Shown: one piece after another, positions 38,001-49,800 of the stretch
Layout: each line of letters opens with the position of its first letter
How positions within the stretch are numbered: position 1 is the stretch's first letter
Source of the DNA: Podarcis cretensis
Taxonomy: Eukaryota
Direction of reading: 5' to 3'
Assembly (NCBI GenBank): GCA_951804945.1
Contig: OX638151.1
Span: 67,146,001 to 67,210,000 of the forward strand
DNA length: 64,000 bases
Notes under the pieces: model-generated
The model's input: the letters and a program-made list of their open reading frames with translations, nothing else
The model's database searches: none
Told to the model about the DNA's origin: nothing
Program-made: the position numbers and the translations under genes

Positions 38001-39634
38001 ATCTTAGAGCATGGTCTGGTTTAATGGCATTCTTGGCATTATTAGATGTTGCCTGGTTTAATTGCTTGTGCTGCAAAAGGGGCTCTGTGTGGGGGGCAAA
38101 AGGCTTGTTTATCTTGGCTTATTAAGCAAAGAGAAGATTGTCTGCAATGGGGCATTATGCATGGCAATTGCTTCCCTGCATTGTTTTATATTTTGTAGAC
38201 CATACAGTACATAACAATTCACAGAAAGTAGTCATGAGAACCTTCTTTCCCCATCTCTTCTTCCTTTTGATATGATTAAATCATGAATGACACAAATTAT
38301 TTTAAATTAAATTTTAATATTTTGCTATTTCACGACTTGACTACAAACCTATGGCCGTCCAAAGTGCAGCTCCCATCAGCTTTATCCAGGGTTGATGGGA
38401 ATTACAGTCCAGCAGCATCTGAAGGGCTTCAGTTGCCCTGTCTCTGGTTTACCCTGTGGACAGCATACATTTGCATTGTTAAATGCCCAGGTACACATGT
38501 CAGGGAATCTTGACTGGATGAGGCTGTTTTGTAAAGTGTGGGAACTGTTCAGAGTTGTATATGCATAGTTCATTCATTTTGCACCTCTTTAAAAATGCTC
38601 AAATAGTCAAGTAGTCACAGATGCAGCACTGTATACCTATGATAGTGGGTAATTTACAAATGTTGGTAAGCTAACAATGTCCAAAGGGCCACAGGTTCAC
38701 CATTCCCATCCTAGAGGTTGTCTGCAGGGCTTTAAGGGGGCATTCTTTAATGCTTTATCAGAAATATTGCACAGAAATGTTTGGTTCAATATCTAAATCT
38801 GGTTAGTATTGATTAAGTACAGGCCATTGGGAGAGGTAATATTTGCTTGTTTGCATACTATATGATAGCATGTGTTTTGTCATACCAGACATGGAGAAGA
38901 GAGACAAGAGATTATTGTTTCTGGCTGTAGTTGTGGAAAAAAATGGAGTTCTCCATACTTTAGAAGTTGACAGTTCTTCAGAATTCTGCCAAGGTTCTCT
39001 GCTTTCAAAATATATCGCAAGAAGGTTCAGTTTTCTAAGACTTGAAATATGAGCAACTTACCATGGGTTGAATCTATCAGTCTCATTGTGTGAGCAGAAC
39101 AGCTTCTGCTCATGCAGTGGTATTTTTTCTCCCTCTCCTCCCCATCCCCTGTGCCCTCAGCACCCTAAAGCTCTGGAGGGTTGGGAGAAACTAGAAAGCA
39201 GATTTTGAGCATTGGAGTGGGAGGGGAGGAGAATTCATTGCACAAGCAGAAGTTGTTCACTGGAGACAACCCCATGTGTTTATATTATCGTTGTGTATTT
39301 CCTTTTCTGATATACTTCACTTGTGGATCTTAAGCATCAGGATACCCAGTACAAAGCTGCCATCTATTTTTAACAACATTTCATGGTCTCTACTAACACG
39401 AAGCCATTCAGAGTAGTGGATGGGGTGCAGTGTTCAGAGTGCAAAGAGAATATTGGCCAAGCTGCCTATAGTACCTTTTCCTTCCTCACATAACGCCTCT
39501 TTCATAAAGATGGGCGCCTTGCTAAGGTTCCATATTCCCTTTCATTACTTGCCAAGTTGCTTGTTTTGTGATCCTACCAGTCAGATGCTGTTTTAATCAC
39601 CCAGTCTTTTTGTGTTGATTTCCTTTTGTTCCAG

Positions 39635-39809
39635 AGACGAAATGGAGAAGACATTCCTGTGGCCCTAACTAAAAACATAAATCACAGACGATTTGCTGCT
39701 ACCTTTAAACTTCAGGAAGTGACAAAAACAGATCAGGATTTATATCGCTGTGTTACTCAGTCTGAGAGGGGATCTGGAGTCTCCAACTTTGCTCAGCTTA
39801 TTGTTCGAG
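39635..39809 (+). CDS. PTPRK: PTPRK internal coding exon (175 bp, exon 6): second half of Ig domain, RRNGEDIPVALTKNINHRRF...YRCVTQSERGSGVSNFAQLIVR
   Basis: Lies within ORF 39626..39829; TTCCAG acceptor, GTAATT donor at 39810; Ig DxxxYRC motif; phases match both neighbouring exons. Confidence 0.97.
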
Positions 39810-40522
39810 GTAATTTTTTCTCTTCCTGATTGCTGACATCAGATGTTTTAAAAATAACAATGTGTTTATCTTGATAATACCTTGAACTCAAGTGATATAG
39901 AGAGGAGAAGCCAATTGGATGTTGCTGGAATCCTCATGGAATAAAACAAATGTGGCTGGTTTCTATTTGGAAAACCACAGATTATCTGAATGATATTTAA
40001 TGACATAAAAATGTTTAAATATTTATTCCATGGAGTTTGCTTTGTTTTTACACCAATAGAGATGAAAACCTGACTTAAATGTTCCCATTCATTTTTATTT
40101 TTCTATAGCCTTACTGTACTTAATATTGTTATGTGTACAGAAATCTCTGAGTGGTGAGAGACATCATAGTTTCCAGCATTTATCTTATCCAGCAATCTCC
40201 AAACTACAATTTCCAGGATTCTTTGGGGAGGGTTGTGTGCTTTAAATAGGCTTCAACTGTATGGTGTGTATCTCAGTTCTAGATCAAAGTTAAGGAAATA
40301 AAATTTGTCTCCCATTGAGGAATGCTGACATTTTCAAGTCATCATTTCATTTTTATTTCAAGTTCTTTAAGTATTTAAAGTTTTACAAATTATATTTTGT
40401 ACTATTTTATATACGCTGCTTAGAGGTTTTGTTTGATTAAGTGGTCTATAAATTTGGTCAAAACAAAATGAAAAATAAATATATTTTCAACAACTCATTG
40501 AGTTCTACCTAAGATCTTAGAT

Positions 40523-40754
40523 TTAGGTAGGCAGCTGTGTTGGTCTGACGCAGTTGAAATACATTTTTTTTAAAAAATGTCCAGTAGCACCTTAGAGACC
40601 ATATATCACCAGACCCTTATATATTCTTCTGTTTCAGTGTATCTGAAGAAGTGTACATGCACACAAAAGCTTACACCCAGAACAAACTGAGTTGGTCTCT
40701 AAGGTGCTACTGGACTATCTATCTACCTATCTATCTATCTATCTATCTATCTAT
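40523..40754 (+). mobile_element. Penelope-like element terminus with inverted duplication, degenerate hammerhead motif (40639-40676) and (TCTA)n tract
   Basis: GTCCAGTAGCACCTTAGAGACCA (40579-40601) and TGGTCTCTAAGGTGCTACTGGAC (40693-40715) are a perfect inverted pair. GTAT-CTGAAGAA-GTGTACATGCACAC-AAAA-GC-TT-ACAC lies between them. Confidence 0.78.
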
Positions 40755-41656
40755 TTAGACTACGATCTTAGAATTATCGGCTGCATCAGCTTAAAGCTTG
40801 AGTACATAGAGTTTCTTGCTTCCCGCTATATTTGAAAAGCAATATGCAGTAGTAATGCTTCCTTGTTTGTCTGGATAACCACCAAATAAACCTCGTTAGT
40901 CAAAAACATACCCTGGGGGATAAGCTACCCTGGTGTTAAAACTCTGCTGAAAATTAACTATACTGACAGGTCCTATATCTCGATGGCACTTTAAAGCTGA
41001 CATCCTGCTACATGGATACAAAAGATGGTAATTTTAAAGGAAATTTTTGGGCCACTGATACGAATTGCCTTTAATAAGAGCTGGCATAGTATTGCCCATT
41101 GTCAAAGATGACCCAGGGGTAAGAGTTTATTAGTGCATTTCTTCCTAAACCAAAAGTGACAGGGCATGCTTAAGGTCTTTTTGTTGCTGTTTGAAACAAA
41201 TGAAAATTTCAGTGTGGAGTTCCCATGCTGAAGAGTATCGATCTACGTGTTCCCTCAGCCGCAGGAAGAAGAAAAAAGATACGATGAAATGCAATTTACT
41301 TTGTCATGTTCTGAGTATTGCTTCCATATCATTTTGAGTAATGAGAATATCTTCAGCTTGTAGAAGACAAACTTTGACAACACGGGTTATTAGTGAATGG
41401 AAGATGAATAACAGCAGCTGCTGATAAAATGTGTGTTAAAACTGGCCTTGTCTGATTGCCCGAGTACGTTAGATTAACTATATATTTAAGGTGTGCAGTT
41501 TAACAGTTACAACTGGCATGCCACTGTGGAGGATGAAAGCAGGCAGGGTAGAATTTAAAAATAAAAATATCTATTACTCTGTTGAGAGAAGCTTTGTGTT
41601 CATATATTTTTGTCTTTATTACTTGAAAATTGGAAGTTTCATGTATAAATGTCTAG

Positions 41657-42353
41657 AAATATGACAGAGGAGCCTGCCATGTACAGTGGTAGCTTGGTTC
41701 TCTAACTTAATCTGTTCCGGAAGTCCATTCCAAAACCAAAGCGTTCCAAAACCAAGGCACGCTTTCCCATAGAAAGTAATGCAAAATGGATTAATCCATT
41801 CCAGACTTTTAAAAACAACCCCTAAAACAACAATTTAACATGAATTTTTCTATCTAATGAGACCACTGATCCATAAAATGAAAGCAATAAACAATGTACT
41901 GCAGTCACACAATCAGTCAGTCAGTAGCTGAACTGGGTTCCACACAGTCACAAAAACAAAAACGCTGCAAAAAACATACACAAAATAAATAGCAAAAACA
42001 GACAGACCTCCGCGTTACACTCAAAAACGGAAGTGTGGCACTCAAAATGGAAGCATAACACTCAAAAAGGAGCACATTCGGCTTTCGAAAAAAGTTTGCA
42101 AACCAAAACACACACTTCTGGGGTTGCAGTATTTGGGTCCAAGTTGTTTGAGTACCAAGGCATTTGAGAACCAAGGTACCACTGTACTAAATCAGACCCT
42201 TTGTCCAGCCAACTCAGTATTGTCTCCACCGATGGGTGGTGGCTGTCCAGAGTTTCAGACAGTAGCATTTCCCAGTATTACATAGAGGGATTGAACTCAG
42301 AACCGTTTGGATACAAAGCAATGGGATCTACCACTGAACTATGACCCTTCCCC
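41657..42353 (-). mobile_element. Old tRNA-derived SINE split by the MITE at 41684-42184
   Basis: Minus strand starts GGGGAAGGGTCATAGTTCAGTGGTAGATC (A box) with a B-box-like GAGTTCAATCCC. The body continues across the MITE insertion point. Confidence 0.6.
41684..42184. mobile_element. Tc1/mariner (Tigger-like) non-autonomous element, 501 bp
   Basis: TIRs CAGTGGTAGCTTGGTTCTC / GAGAACCAAGGTACCACTG, TA on both sides. ACTTAATCTGTTCCGGAAGTCC is the reverse complement of a subterminal motif of the two shorter MITEs. Confidence 0.9.
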
Positions 42354-42461
42354 ATTCATACAAGTTATTGCTAGTCAACATCTAGACTTATCACTGAGAC
42401 TCCTTCACATTACTGTAGTAGAGCTTAGGTGACTTATTTCATTGCATTCTTTTGACTTCAC

Positions 42462-42845
42462 ATACAAGTTTTATAGTTGAATTATGTTTACCAAAGGGGT
42501 TTGTTGGCATCTGTCTGTCTCAGGAGACAGTGGAAGACTGTGCCTTTGGAGGTCGAGTTAAACCATTGGAGAGTTACAGCTCCTGCTGTAGCTGTAGAGA
42601 CGGATGCTGGAGAGACATGTTTTATTGTAGCTGGGGTAGATGAAGGTGTACAGTTTTGCTGCTACAAGTGCACCATGGCATTTCTTCTCTCTGCCTTCCT
42701 CCCAGTGATCATTCCTCAACTGGTCACTTCTGTGGATTCTATACAATGTTTATAGTTGAATTATGTTTACCACTTCTGTGGATTATGTTTATCCACTTCT
42801 GTGGATTCTATACAATGTTTATAGTTGAATTATGTTTACCAAAGG
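42462..42845. repeat. About 230 bp insert bracketed by 36-bp direct repeats, with extra tandem copies at the right junction
   Basis: TTTATAGTTGAATTATGTTTACC occurs three times (42470, 42749, 42818) and CACTTCTGTGGATT three times (42725, 42771, 42794). Confidence 0.85.
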
Positions 42846-45181
42846 TGTGCCATGTCGATAATGCAGTGCTTGTGACCTGTGACGAGCTGAGAGTTATAGA
42901 TTTTAATTGATTTCCATGCCACAGCTTTCACACTTTAGAATTTGTATTAATAGGTGTCTTATCCCATCACTCCTGCAAGGGATCTGACTAGTTTTGCGTA
43001 GGCTGGCAAAACTAATTAGAGTGAATAATCTCCTAAATATTCCTTCAATATCTTAAAATGAATTTGGTGCCTGGCGTTATTCTAATGATCCAGTCAAGTT
43101 TCCCCAAAAAAAAACAACAACAAAAGGTTCTTTCTTAAGAAAGAAAAAGGCACATATCTCTCAGGGAAATTGATAATCGATCCCTTTTTGTACCATTTGT
43201 AAATGCCTTGGAGAAACATTCAAATTGTAAGACTGTGTGGCAGGGGTAAGGTTCATTTTCATCAACTCTGACATTCGCAGGAAATTTCAAATATCACACC
43301 CAAAATCGAACCATGTACACATTTAACTACTTGTGGAAAGGAAAACAGAGTATGTGTAAAAATCCATTTTATAAAAATATAACAACAACAACAATAACAG
43401 CCCCCCCCCCATTTAACAGGCCGTATATTATTTCGTAACTGAAAGCCTGGATAAAGAGGAATGTTTTCACTGTCATCATGTAATGACAGCAGTAAGTGAC
43501 CCTCTCTGGGGAGAACATTCTACAGATGGGGAGTCACCATAGAAAAGGCTCATTCAAGTGTGCCCACAGAGGCCTTCCTTGATACCCACCATATCCCCAT
43601 TTCCTTTCCACTGAAATTAGACCTAGAAAGCATTCTTTTGTAGCCAATGAACTACATTGTGGTGTGCAGTTTGTTGTGGGTGTGTGGGTGTGTGAGATCC
43701 ACAGCAGTTTCTCCAATTTGCAAATGTGCCTACAAGCCCCAAAAGCTTGGTGGCCCTTATTCTATAGTAAAGTCCTGTGTTAATTTACCAAAACTGAGAA
43801 ATTAGCTAAAAGTAACACATTACATTCAGCACAAAAACTTTGGTTATGTAACATATATGTGACCAAGCTGCTGAATACATTGCACGACTCAAGGGCACTT
43901 AAGTGAATCTTATTCCAGATACTCAAGACTTAGAGGGGCACTTGGACCTCATTGACCGAGCTATGCAGGCTACTCAGATGGTGTTGTGTAACAGCCTGAA
44001 CTTCCCTGCCCTGTTGCTTGTGCTGCTTTACTTTTTCAGATAGTCAGCAGACTAAAATCAGAGCACAAATCCTCCAGGCTTGAGAGCCAAAACATTTCAT
44101 TTGAGTGCTGCATCTCTTAGAATAAACAAGATATTTTTACTACTAAAATTAAACTTTATATTTCTATGGCAAATTTGATTAGCACCTTAGATATAAATTG
44201 TGTATAAGTTTGTAGGAAAACAGGCTGTAGGTCCCATAAATATTTTGTAATGAAGCAAATAGCCAGTTGGCTATTCATATCCGAAATGTGCTTGGTTAGG
44301 TTTTCTTGAACTGGTAAACACCAATATGTTTAAATTATAAAACTATCCTTGCATGATGTGGAAACTGTTAAATATGGTTATTTATAGTGAGAAGAGTGTT
44401 GTTTGCTTGCATTGACTGTTTAATGACCCAACCAGCACTGATGCACATACAGATACAGATTATAAGAACTGATGCAATGAAACTGTTCATTTCTGAGAAC
44501 AGATTATATTAGTGCAATCCAGACATCACCATTGCTCTTTGAATTTGTATCTGTTCCTGTAAGAGTGTAGAATGTATTCATGACTTGCTCAGATTGTCCA
44601 TATTTAACAAGAAATTAAGGCATGTTTATAGGTGTACTAAAGCATAACTAAATTCCAGTTTTTTATTGTTCTTAGATTTTGTTGCTAGCTTTGCTTCTCC
44701 CTTCAATCTCTTCCCATACTTAGGTTTGTTTAAAAAATGAGTGCTTGGGGAAATACAGCAGGAAGGCTTTCACAGTATTTATTTAAATGATTCCTATCTG
44801 CCACTCACTGTTGGGTACAAAAGAAAAATCTACTGGGTTTGACATCTCTGTAGTGTTGTGCTGGATTGGTGAGCCGATGTATGGTAATGATGAAGAAGGA
44901 AGCCGCTTGGAATTCAACCTAGATGGTAGAAAATGCAAGATGTCAGTGAAGCCATATATTAAAGAGAATTTGAATTGGAAACAGAATCCCAACCTGCCAC
45001 TGGGGGCATTTTGATCATTTTGATGTATTAAACTTTTATAGCAGCATTCAGATGAAGCTGAATTACTATACTTAATCTTGGGTGGTTTATGGTCTGCTGA
45101 GGTTTTAAAGCAGACATTGTTTGAATGAGTGAATCTGGGGTTAATAATAATTTCCCCTTATTTTTGTACACTGGGTGTGTG

Positions 45182-45185
<4 letters not shown>

Positions 45186-45223
<38 letters not shown>
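45186..45223. repeat. (GT)n microsatellite
   Basis: Directly visible. Confidence 0.95.
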
Positions 45224-45226
<3 letters not shown>

Positions 45227-46732
45227 CATCGTACAGTGTCAAATTGAATTGCTGACAACTTGAACAGCCTGAAATGTTGAATACTGTGTATTGCACCTGA
45301 GATTATTTTGTTTAAACAATACTATATGTCTGTGTTTTGTGTGTTCGTGGATGTGCACCCACCGTATGCTTGTAATATTATATATTGTGTGCATGTATGT
45401 GCATCGACATGAAAAAATGCACCCATGACACATATAACATGGTGGAATAAAGAAGCAACTTTACTTTTTCCTACAGCAAAAATCTAAATTCTGTATGGTT
45501 GTCTTCTTTGTCAGTAACCACAGATGAGCTTTCCAAGTCCTGAGCACGGCAGTAAAAAGAAATCAATTACTATTAGAGTGGCACTCTAGGTTAGAGGCAT
45601 TATGGGGTTCACACTTGGTTTTGCAGCAGGGAGATGATACTTAGCTGCAAATCAGGCATGATGCAAAAGATGGATGAGACAGAGTTCAAGGAGCAGTAAT
45701 GTGAGGGTCCAGCACTATCTTTCCAAGCTGTCTCAGCAGCATGATGGATGGCTTGGTAGCAAGAAGCAATAATACTTGATGATGAAAGATTCATCTCCAG
45801 ATCATGAGCCACTACAATGCCTACCTGGCTGGTGCTCCAGCAACACAGTGATTCCTGATTTGTTATAAGGATCTAAATTACTGTACTTAAGCAAGCAAAC
45901 CAGGATGTTCAATTAGGAACCAGGTTTTTTGTTTTTTTTGGCAGCTGCTAATGAAAAAGGTAGCGTATCAACCATTCCTGCTCATTGTAAATGTAATTAC
46001 CCCATATTTATGCATAGTACTTGTTGATGAGATCTTGTAAGCTTATGCTAATATGGTCTGTAATTTGTTACCTCTAGAAATCACTCTCTGTGTGCCTTCT
46101 GGTCATTATCGTGAAACATGATAAATGATCTCGCCCATGAGGTGTAAATGAAAATGAAATGGATAATTGGATGCTATGTCTAAAATGTGGCTGGAATAGT
46201 TTTTTGCAATTATAATTAATTTTTTTCCTCTTCTGGTTTGAAATAAGGTGCTTTGCTATGTATCAGTGACCTTTAATCGTCTTGGCTTTTGTATTGTTTG
46301 AGAATAATTTTTCAACAGATGGAACAAGGCACACTCAGAATAGTTCACTTAAATCCTTTTCAAACAGTTTCAAATATTTGGCTGTTTAATAATTCACAGG
46401 AAACCACTAATCATGACTTGCCTAGCATAGTTTATAAAAATAGTACATTTATGAGCACTTTGCTGCTGCATCTATGATACTCTGTTAAACTAGAGTTGGT
46501 CAGTTATTTATTGGGTCAGTGCAAATACATTGCTAGTGGGCTGTGTATATGGGTGAGAGAATGGCAATGAATTGTCCAATGTAACCCACACAATATTTCA
46601 TATATTGGGTTAAGAGCATACCCAGGTTCGGATTAACATATGTGCAGATGTAATGCCAAACCATAGCTAGAAGTGGGGTTGGTGGCAGTGTATAGTCCTC
46701 TAGTACTTTACCTATCCTTTATTATTGAATAG

Positions 46733-46876
46733 NNNNNNNNNNNNNNNNNNNNNNNNNNNNNNNNNNNNNNNNNNNNNNNNNNNNNNNNNNNNNNNNNNNN
46801 NNNNNNNNNNNNNNNNNNNNNNNNNNNNNNNNNNNNNNNNNNNNNNNNNNNNNNNNNNNNNNNNNNNNNNNNNNNN
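46733..46876. other. Assembly gap (144 N)
   Basis: Run of N. Confidence 1.
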
Positions 46877-49800
46877 ATTCTCTAGGCAACCTACAATAAA
46901 TTAAATTTAAAGCAGGACTAAAAACATAACAATTATGCCTTCAAATGCCACACTAAAATCCTGAACCAGCAAGAAAGACTAAAAGAAAAACCATGGTTAA
47001 TGATTGGCTAATATTGCAGCTGCATACCAGCCCATGAAATGCTCATGATTGTTGTAGATTGCCATGACTACAGCTGTGAATATTGTCCATCTCTGTAAAC
47101 AAAGCAAAATGTATTCTGTAGGAGAAACTTGTGTTATGTCCTGATATATCAATATTTATATATAATTTATGGGTTTTATCCAAGAAAGAATTGGCTTATC
47201 TGTGTGACCCTTTTCCATTTTTCCAAAGAGCTTATCAATAATTCAAACCAAATGAATTATGAGAACCATAGGGTTAGAATACTTACCACTGGGAAATCCT
47301 TTTATGCTGACTGTGGGAACAAAGGCTGACAATGAAGCAAAATATTAGCACTGGTTTGTAAGCAAAAAGTGGCCTTCTGGTTTTTGGAATAGTTTAGCAA
47401 TTGTAATTCAGTAGCATTGTTAGTATTTTATTATACTAAACTTAGAAGAAAGGTGACCAAGTGTTCATGGAACACCAGTTTCCTTGTGTTTTATGTGCAT
47501 ATCCAAATATTCCCGAACCATCCAGAGAGCATAATACGGATTGTTTGAGGCCAGATCTAGAAACTGTGAAAACAGAGAGAAAATACTGACCCCTGTAATG
47601 CAGAGGATGTTTGCCTTAGTTTGCTTTGGTTTGGTGTCAAATCAGGTTGATCACATTCTGCTAAAGAAGAAGGAGAAATAATTTTGATGGTGAAATATTA
47701 TAATATAAATAAGCTTGCTTCTTTGAAGTTGGAAATTTGGTTGCAAGACAAACGAAAATCATTCTAGCTCTGTCACCCTGGTTTATTGCCAGATCTTTAG
47801 GCTTCATTATTATGGAGACACTTCAATAGTTAGTCTGAGACTGCGTTAGAAATGCCTTCACCCATTGGAGTGGCACAAATTGGTTCTAGCCCTGACCCTG
47901 CTCCACAACCTCTTTAAGTGCTTCTGCTTAGCTGGGATGTGTTCCTGAACTGTGTTAATGCCTCTTGCTTTTCTGGACGAAGGTTGGAGATGTGCATGTA
48001 TAGAAACTGCTGGTTTAAATTGGCTGTGGCAAAGGCAAGAGTTGCATCTTTTGCTCCACCCATTCTTTGTCTCTGACCTCACCTTACCTCTGGCTCCCAC
48101 CACCACTGGCCTGTGTGTGCGCGCACACACACACCCTGATTGTTGCGTGGTAGAGAGTAGATTGCAATGACTCCTAACTCTCAATTGTTTAATAATGGCA
48201 GCAACAAAAGGACCCCTCTCAAATTATCATCAAATTATCCTCAAATTATACTACAAATCTGGGGGAGGTAACCAGAAGTGGTGGCGACAGGGTTGCTTGG
48301 AAGGACTGTGAACTCAAAAACAAACACCTGGCCTCAGAATTCTTCAATTCTTAGTGTGTGTGTTTTGCACTTAAGCTGAAGTGAATGATTGCTTTATTTA
48401 AATAAGAAGGTCACATGTGCAATGGACACGAAGCGAATCCTGCTTTTAACTTCTGCTGACAGTGCCTAGTGCTAAAGGACTGATCCTTTTTTATTATATA
48501 AGGACAGATTGTAAAATGATTGCAGTGGTGTTTCAAATTGAGGTGAATAAAATGCCACGGTGATGCGCAGGTTGTGAAATTCAATATGCAGGAGTTAGCA
48601 GTTTCCGCTGCAAAATCATTCTTCGTAGTTCAGCATGCCAGGCAGTCAGGAGACATTGAGTCACTAAGATTAAACGCTCCCAGCTATACAGTTGTGTATG
48701 ACTTTTGTATGTTATACATAAAGTTGGCATATTAAGTGGGAGCTTCCATGACTGCACTGAACTATGGTAAACACACACACACCCTTCTCTGATTTTTTTT
48801 TAACGTTTATAAATTTTTGAGAATACAACTTCAAAAAGTCAATAGGATGTACAAACCTAAGGAAAACAAAAAACCACAACTGACGTTGCTGGGAACTCTT
48901 AGAAGTCCCAGAGGTTGCAGTTCTAAATTCGTCTACCTGAGATGTGTAAGACCTGCTGGTGAAGAGTGGGTAATACATTTAAAAATGATAATAATTCCAA
49001 GTCATGACTTAATACTAAGTTGATGAGCACATCTCTCCTCTTCCTGTGTGGCTGGGAAGAGGAGGAGAATTTGCAAAGAATTCTGGCTTGTCATTGTCAT
49101 GCAAACCAGGAATCCTGGCTTACAGCAAATCTGATCAGTTTCAAAAGCAAGCCAACTTCAAGCCATAAGTTATGATGCTGGCTTGTTTAACTAACCGCAG
49201 TTTAGTGTAACCCAATATTCCTGGCTTTGTAACAAGTAAAACTAATTTCCACAGAAGTTTGCCTCCTGGCTGTGCAAGGGAAAGAAGGAATGGGTGAGAC
49301 CAGATCTTTGATATTTGCATCTAATCCACAGAGTGCCAAATGTTGGTTTAGTGTTACATGTAAATGCAGCCAATACTTGTTCATTGTTATCTCTGGCTTC
49401 TTTCCCAGTTTTGGTATCATGCCTTGTACTTAACTTGCACATGGAATCAGTTCCAAAAAGATGTGATCAAAATCTTGGGGTTTCTGGGGGCTGTGCTGGA
49501 TTTTCGTAGGTCACAGTCTATGACTGAGCACTGATGTAAACACAGACACTGCAAGTCTGCTTTCATGATTCAGCTGTTAAACAGTTATACCACTCTTATC
49601 CATCAGGCCCCTTGTGTCCACACCTTCCTCCCCCTGGTCATATTTGTCGCCACCTGTAGGTGAGGAAAGTTTCCTAGGTGTCCTATAGTTGTGAGACAGA
49701 ATCTATGCATCTTTTACCTCAGACACTTAGTTGTGAAACATTTAATTAACATGGCAGGGGGGAAATGCAGAGGAGACACTGCTAAGCAGTTGAGAAGAGG

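Noticed and set aside
42725-42845. CRISPR-like or regular repeat-spacer array
   Set aside because: Eukaryotic intron, irregular overlapping units and no unique spacers; better explained as local duplication.
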